Source: Octopus vulgaris (taxonomy: Eukaryota). From it: a DNA stretch of 64,000 nucleotides. The stretch is from NCBI GenBank assembly GCA_951406725.2, contig OX597814.1:192386001-192450000 (forward strand), in the 5' to 3' direction. Both the position numbers and the translations under genes were made by a program. The notes under the pieces were generated by a model that saw nothing but the letters and a program-made list of their open reading frames with translations, did not search any database and was not told the origin of the DNA. Numbering within the stretch: position 1 is the first letter of the stretch; every line of letters starts with the position of its first letter. Of the stretch, positions 38,508 to 50,878 are shown in pieces.

Positions 38508-39757
38508 CATCATCATCATCATGGTTTAACATCTGCTTTCCATGCTAGCATGGGTTGGATGATTTGACTGAGGACTGGCAAACCAGATGGCTGCACCAGG
38601 CTCCAATCTGATCTGGCAAAGTTTCTACAGCTGGATGCTCTTCCTAACGCCAACCACTCCGAGAGTGTAGTGGGTACTTTTACACATCACTGGCACAAGG
38701 GCCAGTCAGGCAGTACTGGCAACGGCCACACTCAAATGGTGCTTTTTACGTGCCACCTGCACAGGAGCTTGTCCAGCGGCACTGGCAACGACCTCGCTTG
38801 AATGTTTTTTCACATGCCACCAGCACAAGTGCCAGTAAGGCAACACAGGTAACGATCACGCTCGAATGGTGCTTTTTACGTGCCACCGACATGGAAGCCA
38901 GTTTGTTGCTCTGGCAATGATCACACTCGGATGATGCTCTTAGCACTCCACTAGCATGGATGCCAGTCATCGAATTTGATTTCAATTTTGATTTCACTTG
39001 CCTCAACAAGGTCTTCGCAAAGCTTCCTTATTAGCCCACTGTCTGTATATCAGTCTCTCCTGGTTGATCTTTCACTCTCTCTGTCTGTTTCTGTACAGAG
39101 TTGTTTCTACCATGTCATGCATATTATGTGAGTTCATGGCTGTTTCCTGCACCAGTTTCACATAGCCCCAGCCCATCCAATGTACCTTGGAATGCAGAAC
39201 GACCTGCTGTGCTTACCTTGGACCGTAGGGTGACCTGCTTGAGGAGACCTATTGAGTCAAGTACCTCAACATCAACATAAATATCAAATGGAAATTGTAG
39301 TTATGATACCTGTGCCGGCGGCACGTAAAAAGCACCATCCAAACGTAGCCGATGCCAGTGCCACCTTGAGTGGCTTCTGTGCCGGTGGCACGTGACCTGC
39401 TGTGCTTGAGGAGACCTACTGAGTCAAGTACATCACCATCAACATCAAAATAAATATCAAATGGAAATTGTATTTGTGAAACCTGTGCCAGCGGCACATA
39501 AAAAGCACCATCCGAGCGTGGCTAATGCCTTGACTGGCTTCTGTTCCCGCTGCCAGCCTCCCCTGTCACCTATGCTGGTGGCACATAAAAAAAACACCCA
39601 CTTCACTCACGGAGTGGTTGGTGTTAGGAAGGGCATCCAGCTGTAGGATCACTGCCAGATCAGACTGGTGCTTGGTGCAGCCATCTGGTTCGCCAGTCCT
39701 CAGTCAAATCGTCCAATCCATGCCAGCATGGAAAACGGACGTTAAACGATGATGATG
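38508..39757. mobile_element. SINE family C copies (RTE-like (GAT)n tail) in opposite orientations
   Basis: (cat)n-cgtttaacgtccgctttccatgctagcatgggttggacg...cagctggatgcccttcctaacgccaaccac pattern at 38508-39000 and its reverse complement at 39240-39757. Confidence 0.8.
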
Positions 39758-40138
39758 CAGCATGGACCGTTTAAGTGTTAAATACCTTAGTGATGATGAC
39801 GATTATTATGTAAACCACCAAGCTCTCAGGTGATTGTCCAACATAACTATTAACTTCGTTATGCATGCTCTTACCAACTAAATATTTTAGTGATTGTTAA
39901 ACAATTGAGCAAAAAGACTGAAATGGGACAATAGCAACAAACACAGTGGCTTGCAACCATGAGATAGCAACAATGATAGAAACAGCAATAGCAACAGTGA
40001 TAGTCACACAATAAAAAATAAGACTTCTTATAAGAAATTGTTTAAATTGTATTCAGAAAAGTACTATTTATAGGAGAATTATATAAATATATAAATACAA
40101 AGAAAAAAAGTTTAAAATATTACAGCATTTACAACTCA

Positions 40139-40299
40139 TCAATCTTCAATCTTAACAAAAACTTTTGATCTTGAAAATATTTTCACAGCTTCATCAATCT
40201 CAGCAAGCTTGCTCTCCAGTTCTTGCCGTCTTTTCTGAGCTCGTACGGAATCGTTACTTAAAGGCAGTTTCTGTATTTTCTGCAGTAGGTCACGCTGAT
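40139..40299 (-). CDS. ENKD1: Enkurin domain-containing protein 1, last coding exon
   Basis: Acceptor ttgcag|at, phase 1; (N)QRDLLQKIQKLPLSNDSVRAQKRRQELESKLAEIDEAVKIFSRSKVFVKIED*, matching the enkurin C-terminal motif (..EEAIKIFSRPKVFV). Confidence 0.92.
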
Positions 40300-40345
40300 C
40301 TGCAACAATAATAAAACAAAAAGGTAAAAAAAAAAAAGTTAGTAT

Positions 40346-40514
40346 GGCGCAGTAGTGGCTGTGTGGTAAGTAGCTTGCTTACCAACCACATGGTTCTGGG
40401 TTCAGTCCCACTGCGTGGCACCTTGGGCAAGTGTCTTCTACTATAGCCTCGGGCCGATCAAAGCCTTGTAAGTGGATTTGATAGAATGAAACTGAAAGAA
40501 GCCCGTCGTATATA

Positions 40515-40554
<40 letters not shown>

Positions 40555-41465
40555 TGTGTGTGTAAATGTTTGTGTGTCTGTGTTTGTCACCCCAACATCG
40601 CTTGACAACCAATGCTGGTGTGTTTACGTCCCCGTAACTTAGCGGTTTGACAAAAGAGACCGATAGAATAAGTCCTGGGGTCGATTTGCTCGACTAAAGG
40701 CGGTGTTCCAGCATGGCCACAGTCAAATGACTGAAACAAAGTAAAAGAGAGAGTAAAAGAGTAAATAGGCACCCAGCACCCACTACACTCTTTGGAATAG
40801 TTGGCGTTAGGAAGAGCATCCAGCTGTAGAAACCATGCCAAATCATATTGAAACCTGGTGCAGCTCCCCAGCTTACAAGTTTTCAGTCAAACTGTCCAAA
40901 TTGTGCCAGCATGGAAAACAGATGTTAAATGATGATGACAGCACCTCTGGACATATTGCTACAAAATCATTCACCTGGTACAGGTTTCAAAGTGGTTGAT
41001 AACAGGAAGAGCATGACATACACAAATACAAATGTGCCAGATGATGAAGGAGCACCACAAATGGCAATACTCTCTTTTACTCTTTTACTTGTTTCAGTCA
41101 TTTGACTGTGGTCATGCTGGGGCACCACCTTTAGTCGAGCAAATCGACCCCAGGACTTATTCATTGTAAGCCTAGTACTTATTCTATTGGTCTCTTTTGC
41201 TGAACCACTAAGTTACGGGGATGTAAACACACCACCATTCGTTGTCAAGTGATGTTGGGGGTACAAACACAGACACACAAACATATTCACATACATATAT
41301 GTGACGGGCTTCTTTCAGTTTCCGTCTACCAAATCCACTCATAAGGCTTTGGTCAGCCCGAGGCTATAGTAGAAGACACTTGCCCAAGGTGCCACGCAGT
41401 GGGACTGAACCCAGAACCATGTGGTTGGTAAACAAGCTACTTACCACACAGCCACTCCTGCGCCT
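40346..41465. mobile_element. SINE A (+, 40346-40764), SINE C tail (40770-40940) and SINE A (-, 41067-41465) in the last ENKD1 intron
   Basis: Family matches; the two A copies are inverted relative to each other. Confidence 0.8.
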
Positions 41466-41911
41466 ACTCGGTAATTTTTTTAACAAAATTTGTTTCTAAA
41501 ACCTGCACACAGTCAAAAACTTCATCTTTTTTATTTGGTGTAAGTGCTGCATCAAGATATTATACTTCTCAGCCAAACATAAATGCAGCTTTTTGATCCA
41601 TTGGGATATGAGTATGCAGGTCCAACAAAGCTCTAGCTCAGTGTATCCCAAACTTTTTGGGCTGCTTGCCCACTTAACACCCAGGCCACATTCCTAGCAC
41701 CCCCACCCCAACTAAGCATCACAAACATAGACCTCTTTCTGAAGCAAATTCAAAGCAACTGTATTTCACAAAAATAACTTAACCTAATGAACCCATTCTT
41801 TTGTTTTTACACAAATCGCTACCCCATTATTGATCAGGGATAAGTCAAAGTTAAACAACAGTAAAAATTTTTCGGGGAAAAAAAACTGGTACAAAAACTT
41901 AAAGACCTTAC

Positions 41912-42048
41912 TTTTCTGGAGTAATTCCAAAGTTTCAACCCGTTCACTATCAGGTAATACCTTGTGTCCTGGTGGAACTGTTGGGTCTGGTAAACTGGCA
42001 ACCCTCTCTTCCTCATCTTTCACCCACTGTGCCTGTCGTTCTTTTAAA
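41912..42048 (-). CDS. ENKD1: ENKD1 coding exon 5
   Basis: ttttag|T...A|gtaagg, phase 2-1; LKERQAQWVKDEEERVASLPDPTVPPGHKVLPDSERVETLELLQK (enkurin PDP..PPGH..P..ER.ETL motif). Confidence 0.92.
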
Positions 42049-42215
42049 CTAAAATAGCAAATAAAACATAGAAATAAGTCAGACAATGGACAATAAAAGC
42101 ATTTCAAATGTGAACAAATATTGAGAATAACAAAAAATTACGGAGATGTACTTGCATAGCAAGTGACCTGATCTGAGATTGTGTGCTGGAATGAAAAAAA
42201 TTGTAGTGTGGAAGG

Positions 42216-42394
42216 TGTTTATAAGCCATTTAAGAAACAGATAAAAACCGTTAGATTCACTTCAACATTTAAATTTAATTTGCCAAAATATCTTCGTCAT
42301 GGTCTCAAAGCGACGAAGATATTTTGGCAAATTAAATTTAAATGTTGAAGTGAATCAAACGGTTTTTGTGTGTTTCTTAAATGGCTTATAAACA
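42216..42394. repeat. Near-perfect inverted repeat (about 83-bp arms, 13-nt loop)
   Basis: tgtttataagccatttaagaaac...aaaatatcttcgtc | atggtctcaaagc | gacgaagatatttt...gtttcttaaatggcttataaaca. Confidence 0.9.
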
Positions 42395-42723
42395 AAAAAT
42401 TCATATGAATATTAAATGAAAAATTTGTTATTTAAATTTAGAAAATTTTAAGACAAATATAGCTTTTTTTTTGCCCCCAGCTCAGCCTTATGTTCAAACA
42501 CATTCCAGACATGACATTCATGTCTTTCATGCAGTTTCAGTACACCTAAAACCACATTATTCAGTAGTTAGAATGCTATACAACTGCCTCAAAGCTCACA
42601 AATGCACTGAATTGGTTTGACATTAGATATATAATGGTGTAACTTGATATAACAATATTTCATTTTTGGATTTGGTTTGCAAGATTTTTTATATGAGTTT
42701 GTGTGTTGAAGCATATTCTGTGG

Positions 42724-42937
42724 TGTCTGGGGAGAGTCATTTTCTTTTTGTGCCTTATAATCTAACACACTCACTGATAAAATTTTTGTTGCGTCTTGCA
42801 ACCTTTTCAATAGTCAAAACTATTGAAAAGGTTGCAAGAAGCAATGAAAAATTTTAGGACAATGAAAATAAGAAAAAAGTGGAAATTTTACCGGTAAGAT
42901 TATAAAGGCACAAAAAGAAAATGTCTCTCCCCAGACA
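42724..42937. repeat. Nested inverted repeat (fold-back element)
   Basis: Outer arms tgtctggggagagtcattttctttttgtgccttataatct / agattataaaggcacaaaaagaaaatgtctctccccagaca; inner hairpin tcttgcaaccttttcaatagt-caaa-actattgaaaaggttgcaaga. Confidence 0.85.
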
Positions 42938-44493
42938 CAACTTAATATAACAATATAGTTGTTTTATGAAACAAGTCTCAACTTATAATTATTTTAAAAT
43001 TCAAATGTAATTTATTATTTTGCTAGTTCAAATTATTAGTGCCTTCCGCACTAGTGTGGGTGCCAGATAAAAAAGTACCAGTTCTGATGCTGTGTAAAAG
43101 CACCCAATCCACTCTGCAAAAATTGGTTGGCATTAGGAATGGCATCCAGCTGTAGAAACCATGCCAAAACAGACACTTGGAGCCTGGTGCAGCCCTCTGG
43201 CTTACCAGCTCCAGTCAAACTGTCCAACCCATGCCAGCAAAGAAGATGGATGTTAAATGATGATGATGACCACATCATGGTTGCCTGGTTATTCTTTCAT
43301 CCTTTTATTAGTTTCAGTCTTTGGACTGCAGCCATGCTGGAGCACTGCCTTCAAGGGTTTTAGCTGAATGTAGTAATCCCAGTGCTTCGTCAGGTGCTGA
43401 GGTTATTGATTTCATAATGGACAAAGTTTACTTCGGCATGAAAAAACATGGCTTTTGAATAGGAACAGACTCGACCCAGTGTAATATGCAAAGGTCTGAA
43501 TTTGTATAACCTTGTAACACATTCTAATTTTGGAAATAACTGAAAAACAGAGGGTAAAAGTTGATGAAATCACCATTATCATTTAATGTCCCTGCACTGA
43601 GCTCCAATGTCCGCTTTGGCATACTTTCCACAGGTGGTGATTTGCTGTGCTTGAGAAGACATGTGAAGCTAAGTGAAATTGAGGTTGTGGCCTATGCTGG
43701 TGGCACATAACAGGGCATCCGTTTCAGTGACACATAAAAGGACACTTGTGATGGTGACAAATAAAAGGGCACCCATGCTGGTGACAAGTAAAAGACATCC
43801 AGTACACTTTGTAAAGTGGTTGGTGTTAGGAAGGGCATCCAGCCATACGAACCAAGCCAAAACATGACTGGAGCCTGGAGTAGCTCTCTGACTTACCAGC
43901 TCCAGTTAAACCACCCAACCCATACCTGCATGGAAAATGGACATTAAATGATGATGATGGATTCTCTTCCTTGTGCCAACCACTTCACAGAGGGTATTAG
44001 GTGCTGTTTCCATGGCAACAGCACTCGAGAGGTCACCAAGTACTCGCAAGATAAGATCCCTTAACTGAGTGGGGTATAGTATTGAGGGATAAGTCAGTGT
44101 GTATGTGTGTGAGTCATATTAAATTCCGATATAATCGTAGGCATCTATACCATTCGAAGAATATCTGTAGAAAATTTCATTTAAAAATATCTGTTTTCTG
44201 GAAGTAAATGGACCTGGATTTTGCAGGGCCATCAAGAGTACACCAAACACCACCCGAGTGGGGTATAGTATTGAGGGATATGGAAGGATATGGAAGGGAT
44301 ATTGGGGGGTATAGTATTGAAGGATATGATAGAAGGATGGGAGCGAGTGTCTTGCTGAAGAGGTGAATAAATGGCTTCTCCATCTAGAGAGAGAGAGAGA
44401 GATGGAGAGATGTGAGGTCAAGGTACAAGGTGAGTATGAGAGAGAGACACAGGAGAGAGAAACAGAAATAAAAGAGAAAAGTATATTACTTAC

Positions 44494-44654
44494 TATTTAG
44501 GGATAACACCTTTTTTGTATTTGTTAAAATCTTCTTCTGTTTTCTTTTTAGCACTAAGTTCCCGCAGAGAACTTGGAGGTCGTACCTGTTGGTGATGTTT
44601 TGCTGCCCGACTATTCCGCTTCACAAAATCTACATCTTTTCTAAGTAGTTCTGT
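44494..44654 (-). CDS. ENKD1: ENKD1 coding exon 4
   Basis: aaatag|ACA...TA|gtaagt, phase 0-2; TELLRKDVDFVKRNSRAAKHHQQVRPPSSLRELSAKKKTEEDFNKYKKGVIPK(Y), with the conserved DF...N and G.vP.Y motifs. Confidence 0.88.
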
Positions 44655-44929
44655 CTATTTGGTGACAAAAAAAAATTACTTTTTTGAAAACAGTCTTCAC
44701 AAAATAGAAAAATCAATTTCAAATTTTCCTGTTTTACTTAAACAACTCACTGTAATTGTATTGTTTTCTTAATAAAGAAATTACATCTCCAGAGATTCTC
44801 TACACTAGCACTTCCCATCAAGAGCTCCTGAGAACATTGTGTTTCATCAAAGATCACTAGGAGTTCTCTGAGAAGTTGCTAAAAGTTCTATGAGAAACAA
44901 TGATTTACATCATCACCACCACTACCAAC

Positions 44930-45643
44930 CATCATCATCATCGTTTAACGTCCGCTTTCCATGCTAGCATGGGTTGGACGATTTGACTGAGAACTGGCGA
45001 ACCAGATGGCTACACCAGGCATCAATCTTGATCTGGCAGAGTTTCTACAGCAGGATGCCCTTCCTAACACCAACCACTCTCAGAGTGTAGTGGGTGCTTT
45101 TACGTGCCACCGACACGAGAGCCAGTCTGGCAGTACTGGCAACGCCCACGCTCGAAAATGGTATTTTTAGTCTAATGGCCGTTTGCCAGCTTTGTCTGGC
45201 CCCCGTGTCGGTGGCACGTAAAAGCACCATCCGTTCGTGTCCATTGCCAGCCTCGCCTGGCCCCCGTGCCGGTGACACGTAAAAGCACCATCCGTTTGTG
45301 GCCGTTTGCCAGCTCTGTCTGGCCCCCGTGTCGGTGGCACGTAAAAGCACCATCCATTCGTGTCCGTTGCCAGCCTCGCCTGGCCCCCGTGCCGGTGACA
45401 CGTAAAAGCACCATCCGTTTGTGGCTGTTTGCCAGCTCTGTCTGGCACCTGTGCGGGTGGCACGTAAAAAGCACCCACTACACTCACGGAGTGGTTGGTG
45501 TTAGGAAGGGCATCTAGCCGTAGAAACACTGCCAGATCTGACTGGGCCTGATGAAGTCTTCCAGCTTCACAGACCCCAGTTGAACCGTCCAACCCATGCT
45601 AGCATGGAAAACGGATGCTAAATGATGATGATGATGATGATGA
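44930..45643. mobile_element. Inverted SINE family C pair with internal ~45-bp tandem repeats
   Basis: (cat)n tail on the left and (gat)n tail on the right; repeated ggtggcacgtaaaagcaccatccg units between them. A similar pair lies at 47384-47785. Confidence 0.8.
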
Positions 45644-47982
45644 ATTCTATAACCAGAATTTTATTGTGCACACATGGCATATTAAAAATACTAGCATCTT
45701 CAGACAGTAAGAGAACCTGATAGAAAAATTACCTCTAAAGAGAGAACTGTAGAAGAATTTGGTTTCAACAAGATCTTAGTTAAAATGAAATTTCTTAAAC
45801 ATCCTTTGTGACATTTGATGGATGTATGGTATTTTGAGCAAGTGTTTTCTACTATTGCTGTGGGCCAATCACAGCCTTGTAAGTGAGTTTGAGAGAAGGG
45901 AAATGAAAGAAGCCCTTCATATATGTATATATATGTCTATGTATTTGAGTGAATGATTTCATATTTCTCCCATCCCCATGTGTGGCTTTGCTAATGATGT
46001 CATTTACTTACAGTCCTCTAGAAAATCATATCTGAGCTTCTTGATGTGTTTTGATACATTGCAGAATCTTTGCAAACAAACAACTCGTTCCAATATCATT
46101 TGCTTCCAGTTTCCCATGGAAGCATGTCTGTGCTGTTTGTTATTTGTCTGGGAGATTGTTACCTCAACTGGAATTAGATAGGGACTGATAACAGGAAGAG
46201 TATCCAATTACAGATAACTGTGCCCCAATATACTCGTCTGACCCATGCAAGCATGGAAAAGTAGGCATTAAAATGATGATAAGGATGATAAGTTTAATAT
46301 GATGTGCACTGCAGTATATCAACAATATTATGTAGCCTAAATAAGGATCAGGGCCTAAATCTAAAACCAACAATGATTTTGAATAATTAAAAACTATTGT
46401 TTAATCCTCACAGACCATATCTGACCAGAATATTCTACTTGCTTTATACACACAGAGCAACACTGGTAAATGGGATGTGAACTATTAAGCAGTCATCTAG
46501 GATTTATCAACTTAACAGGCTTTCCACTCTCTCAATATAACATCATACTATCGAAATTTGATTGATTACCCTGATCATGAGTTCACATTACCTCTCTGGT
46601 AAGAAATAACAAATGTTTGAGAATTTAATACATGATTTTGTTTTAGATGGTTTTTTTTTCTCTTGTTTTGTTTTTTTGCATAGCCTAAAAGCTTCAGAAT
46701 TTCAAACCTATCATAAATTAGTGAAAAAACAGGAAATTACTGAAGCTGTGTTATATACCAAATTAGTTAATAAAATGTTGATGTCTTCCTTGTTTATGAA
46801 GAGAAGCTGTTATGATGTATGTATGTATATAAGTAGCTTCACTGCAAAAAACTATCCTTCATATGTGTTAGGACCACTATAATTCCGCTCAGGACAACCT
46901 GTAAAGTGACTGATGAGTGAGCAGAAATGTGAGGACAAGGGATCTTTTAATTTTGTCAATCTTCTTTAGTGCTAGTGCCATCATAAATACACCCAGTACA
47001 CTTTGCTTAGTGTGTGTGGTGGTTGTGGAGTGTGTTGTGTGTGTGTGAGAGGGGGCAATGGAGAGACCCTTTTAGTCTTGCTGAAATTACGAGAATATCT
47101 CTCAAGTGCTGGGGGCCACAATATAATGCATCCAGTATATGCTGTAAAGTGGTTGGTGATAGAAAAGGCATCTAGTTGTAGAAACCAAGTCACTGCAACC
47201 CTTACCCCAGAGAAATGGCACTTAGGAGTGAAATGTGATCCTCGGACTTTTCTACGTGAGCTCTAAAAACCTGTTCAATCTGTGCCAGCATGGAAAGCAA
47301 ATGTACAATCATAGGATATTCATCATGAGTATCCTTCATAGGAGGAGAAATAATAGCATATCAACTTTGATTTAGGTTATATATCATCATCATCATCATC
47401 ATCGTTTAACACCTACCTTCTATACTGGCATAGGCTGGATGGTTTGATGGGAGCTGGCCAGGCAGGAGCCTGCACCAGATTTCTGTATTTGTTTTGGCAG
47501 GGTTTTTACAAGCGCCGCCTTGACTGGCTTCTGTGCCGGTGGCACGTAAAAAGCACCAACTGATCGTGGATGCTGCCAGCTTCCCCTGGCACCTGTGCCG
47601 GTGGCACGTAAAAGCACCCACTACACTCATGGAGTGGTTGGCGTTAGGAAGGGCATCCAGCTGTAGAAACACTGCCAAATCAGACTAGAGCCTGGTGCAG
47701 CCCCCTGGTTTCTCAGACTCCGGTCAAACTGTCCAACCCGTGCTAGCACGGAAAACGGATGTTAAACGATGATGATGATGATGATGCCCTTCCTAACATC
47801 AACCACTCAGCAGAGTGAACTGAGTGCTTTTTACATGGTACAAGCACAAGTCAGTTTTGGTATGGTTTTTACAGCTGGATGCTCTTCCAAATGCCAACCA
47901 CTTTACAGTGTGAACTATAAGAAATAGAAATAGAAGGAAGGCAATTTTTAATTCTTAAAGTAATGTAAAAGTGCAAACCTAC

Positions 47983-48120
47983 TTCTTTTAGATCATCAGC
48001 AGAGGTCAGACTTAGTTTCTCAAATGAACCATCCACTGACTGGTTCTCACTTGGTAATCTAGTTGGAGGTCCCGATCGTGAATGAGCCCGCAAATAATTC
48101 CCAGGTGCTGATGGTTCATT
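47983..48120 (-). CDS. ENKD1: ENKD1 coding exon 3
   Basis: tattacag|AAT...GAA|gtaggt, phase 0-0, 138 nt; NEPSAPGNYLRAHSRSGPPTRLPSENQSVDGSFEKLSLTSADDLKE (LRAHSR motif as recalled for ENKD1). Confidence 0.85.
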
Positions 48121-49114
48121 CTGTAATACATATCAAAGCAACAGGAATCCAGCCTTAATTTCTTTAAATTTGTTACTTGCACAGTCTTCATTTATTCATT
48201 CCATTTTTTTCTCTATCCAAGTGGAAGGGAAGTAAGCCAGAGCAAGATGAGATAAGAAAGAGTAAGAGAAGTAGAGTGATAGGAGTGAGAGACAACTACA
48301 TGATGGTTATTGGTAAGGAATTTGAGTAGTAGCATTCTTTTATTTGATGAGAGTTTTAGTAATTATATTGAGTTGATAAGCACAGGCATAGCTGTGTGGT
48401 TAAGAAGTTTGCTTCCAACCACATGGTCCCAGGTTCAGATCCAATGTGTGGCGCCTTGGATAAGAGTCTTTTTTTTGTTGTAGCCCCAAAGCTAACCAAA
48501 GCTTTGTGAGTGGATTTGATAGATGGAAACTGATAAAAGCTCATCACATGTGTGTGTGTATGTGTGTGTGTCTCCTTGTCTTGACATTGACATGATAATT
48601 GTAAATGAGTGCCACTGTCATGGAAGTAGTGTCAGTCACTTCCAATATTCCATGAAAAAACATGTCTGGCTGCAAATAAATATTACCTTGTTTGAAAACA
48701 GGTAAGGTTTGACAACAACAAGAGCATCTGACGAGAAAATCCCCTTCAACAAACTTTGTCCAACCCATGCAATCATGGAAAAGTGAACATTTTTATTTCT
48801 TTATTGCCCACAAGGGGCTAAATATAGAGGGGACAAACAAGGACAGACAAAGGGATTAAGTCGATTACATCGACCCCAGTACGTAACTGGTACTTATTTA
48901 ATTGATCCCAAAAGGATGAAAGGCAAAGTCGACCTCGGCAGAATTTGAACTCAGAACGTAATGGCAGATGAAATACCGCTAAGCATTTCTCCTGGCATGC
49001 TAATGCTTCTGCCAGCTTGCCGCCCTCCAGTGAACATGGAAAAATTCCAGTGAACATTGGAAAAGTGAAGATGATGATGATGAGGAGGAGGCAGATAATA
49101 TTTATTCTTCATAC

Positions 49115-49275
49115 CTGTGATTGTTCTCTAAACCTTGATGGAACATCCTGAAATTTTTTCGACTTCCACAACTCTTTGGGTGGTTCCTGACTTTCAAGTG
49201 TTTTTGACCTCACTAACTTTTGAATCTGATGAACTTTCTTCAGGTTTTCATTCATATAATTTTTAGGTTTTGCCT
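49115..49275 (-). CDS. ENKD1: ENKD1 coding exon 2
   Basis: tttgcag|AG...CAG|gtatga, phase 1-0; (E)AKPKNYMNENLKKVHQIQKLVRSKTLESQEPPKELWKSKKFQDVPSRFREQSQ resembles ENKD1 KDHEKENLRRIREIQ...KALWRSPKYDKVESR. Confidence 0.88.
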
Positions 49276-50293
49276 CTGCAAATAGAAATTTAAATTGAAA
49301 TATCATTGGCTATTTTTGATGGGATGAGGTGCAGGTGAAGAGGAATAGTGTTAACTGATAATCTGCACGTAAAAAGTACCATCCGTTCGTGGCTGTTGCC
49401 AGCCTTGCCTGGCCCCCGTGCCGGTGGCACGTAAAAAGCACCATCCGTCCGTGGCCGTTTGCCAGCTCCGTCTGGCACCTGTGCGGGTGGCACGTAAAAA
49501 GCACCCACTACACTCACGGAGTGGTTGGCGTTAGGAAGGGCATCCAGCTGTAGAAACACTGCCAGATCAGACTGGAGCCTGGTGCAGCCTTCTGGCTTCA
49601 CAGACCCCAGTTGAACTGTCCAACCCATGCTAGCATGGAAAGCGGATGCTAAATGATGATGATGATGATGATGATGATGATGTGCAGAAATTACAAGGTA
49701 TCTTTATCATCTTTTCTTTCAATCACAGGACTGTGGCCATACTGGGACACCACTCTGAACGCGGAGTCATGTAGTTTGTTAGCAAGCTACTTACCACACA
49801 GCCACTCCTACGCCTATAAGATAAATCTCTTTGAATACAACACTAATCAGGCAGAGACAGATTTTCCTGACGCAGAAATTAAACTCAGCACTGCAAGCCA
49901 TTTCATTAATTTTCCAGTGTAGCCATTTCCTACTATTTTATACTATACAACTAATCTACTATGAAATAAGTAAATGAAGCCATTGAGAACTAAAACAATG
50001 CAAAGCTGCTGATATAATATGAAAGCCAAATCTAGTTGATTGATGTCATATGTGACTCATTCATCCATGGTCTATGAACAGAGAAGACTATAAATATATT
50101 AAATCTCATTTAAAAGACTCTATTGTATTTTCTCATTCATAACCAATGTTAATTATCTATAGCATTAACATATTTGGAATAGACAATTTGGAGACATAAA
50201 TGAGATATTGTATCAGTTAATTATAATTATAAGATAATTCCTTTGAAAGAAGCACAATTAGGAGTGCTGAGCAAGACGATGATTTCTGTTTAA

Positions 50294-50878
50294 CCCTTTA
50301 ACATTCAGATTACATTACCAAATGTAATGCCTATTTATTCACTCATCATCATCATCATCATTTAACGTCCACTTTCCATGCTAGCATGGGTTGGACGAAT
50401 GACTGAGGGCTGGCGAACCAGATGGCTGCACCAGGCTTCAATCTTGATTAGGCAGAGCTTCTATAGCTGGATGTCCTTCCTAATGCCAACCACTCCGAGA
50501 GTGTAGTGGGTGCTTTTATGTGCCAGTCAGACGGTACTGGCAACGACCTCGCTCGAATCTTTTTACACATGCCACTGGCACAGGTGCCAGTAAGGCGATG
50601 CTGGTAACAATCATGCTCGAATGGTGTCTTTTACGTGCCACTGGCATGGAGGCCAGATAGCCGCTCTGGCAACGATCATGCTCGGATGGTGCTCTTTAAG
50701 GGGACGCTGGTAACGATCACAATCATGTATTATCTTGTAGCTTTGACATCTCAGGGATGCGACTGTTTAGTTTTAAAATGACATTGCAGGATAGGTGTGA
50801 AAGACCAGATCTGCCCAATTTGAACATAAAGCATGTAGAATATATGGGCCTGATATGGCTGGCTTAAATGCTAAAGGG
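50294..50878. mobile_element. piggyBac-like MITE interrupted by a SINE C copy (50344-50720)
   Basis: TTAA-ccctttaacatt at the left end and aatgctaaaggg-TTGA at the right end. Confidence 0.55.

Noticed and set aside
45170-45475. Repeat-spacer-like pattern of ggtggcacgtaaaagcacc units
   Set aside because: The intervening sequences are themselves repeated; this is the internal tandem region of SINE family C.
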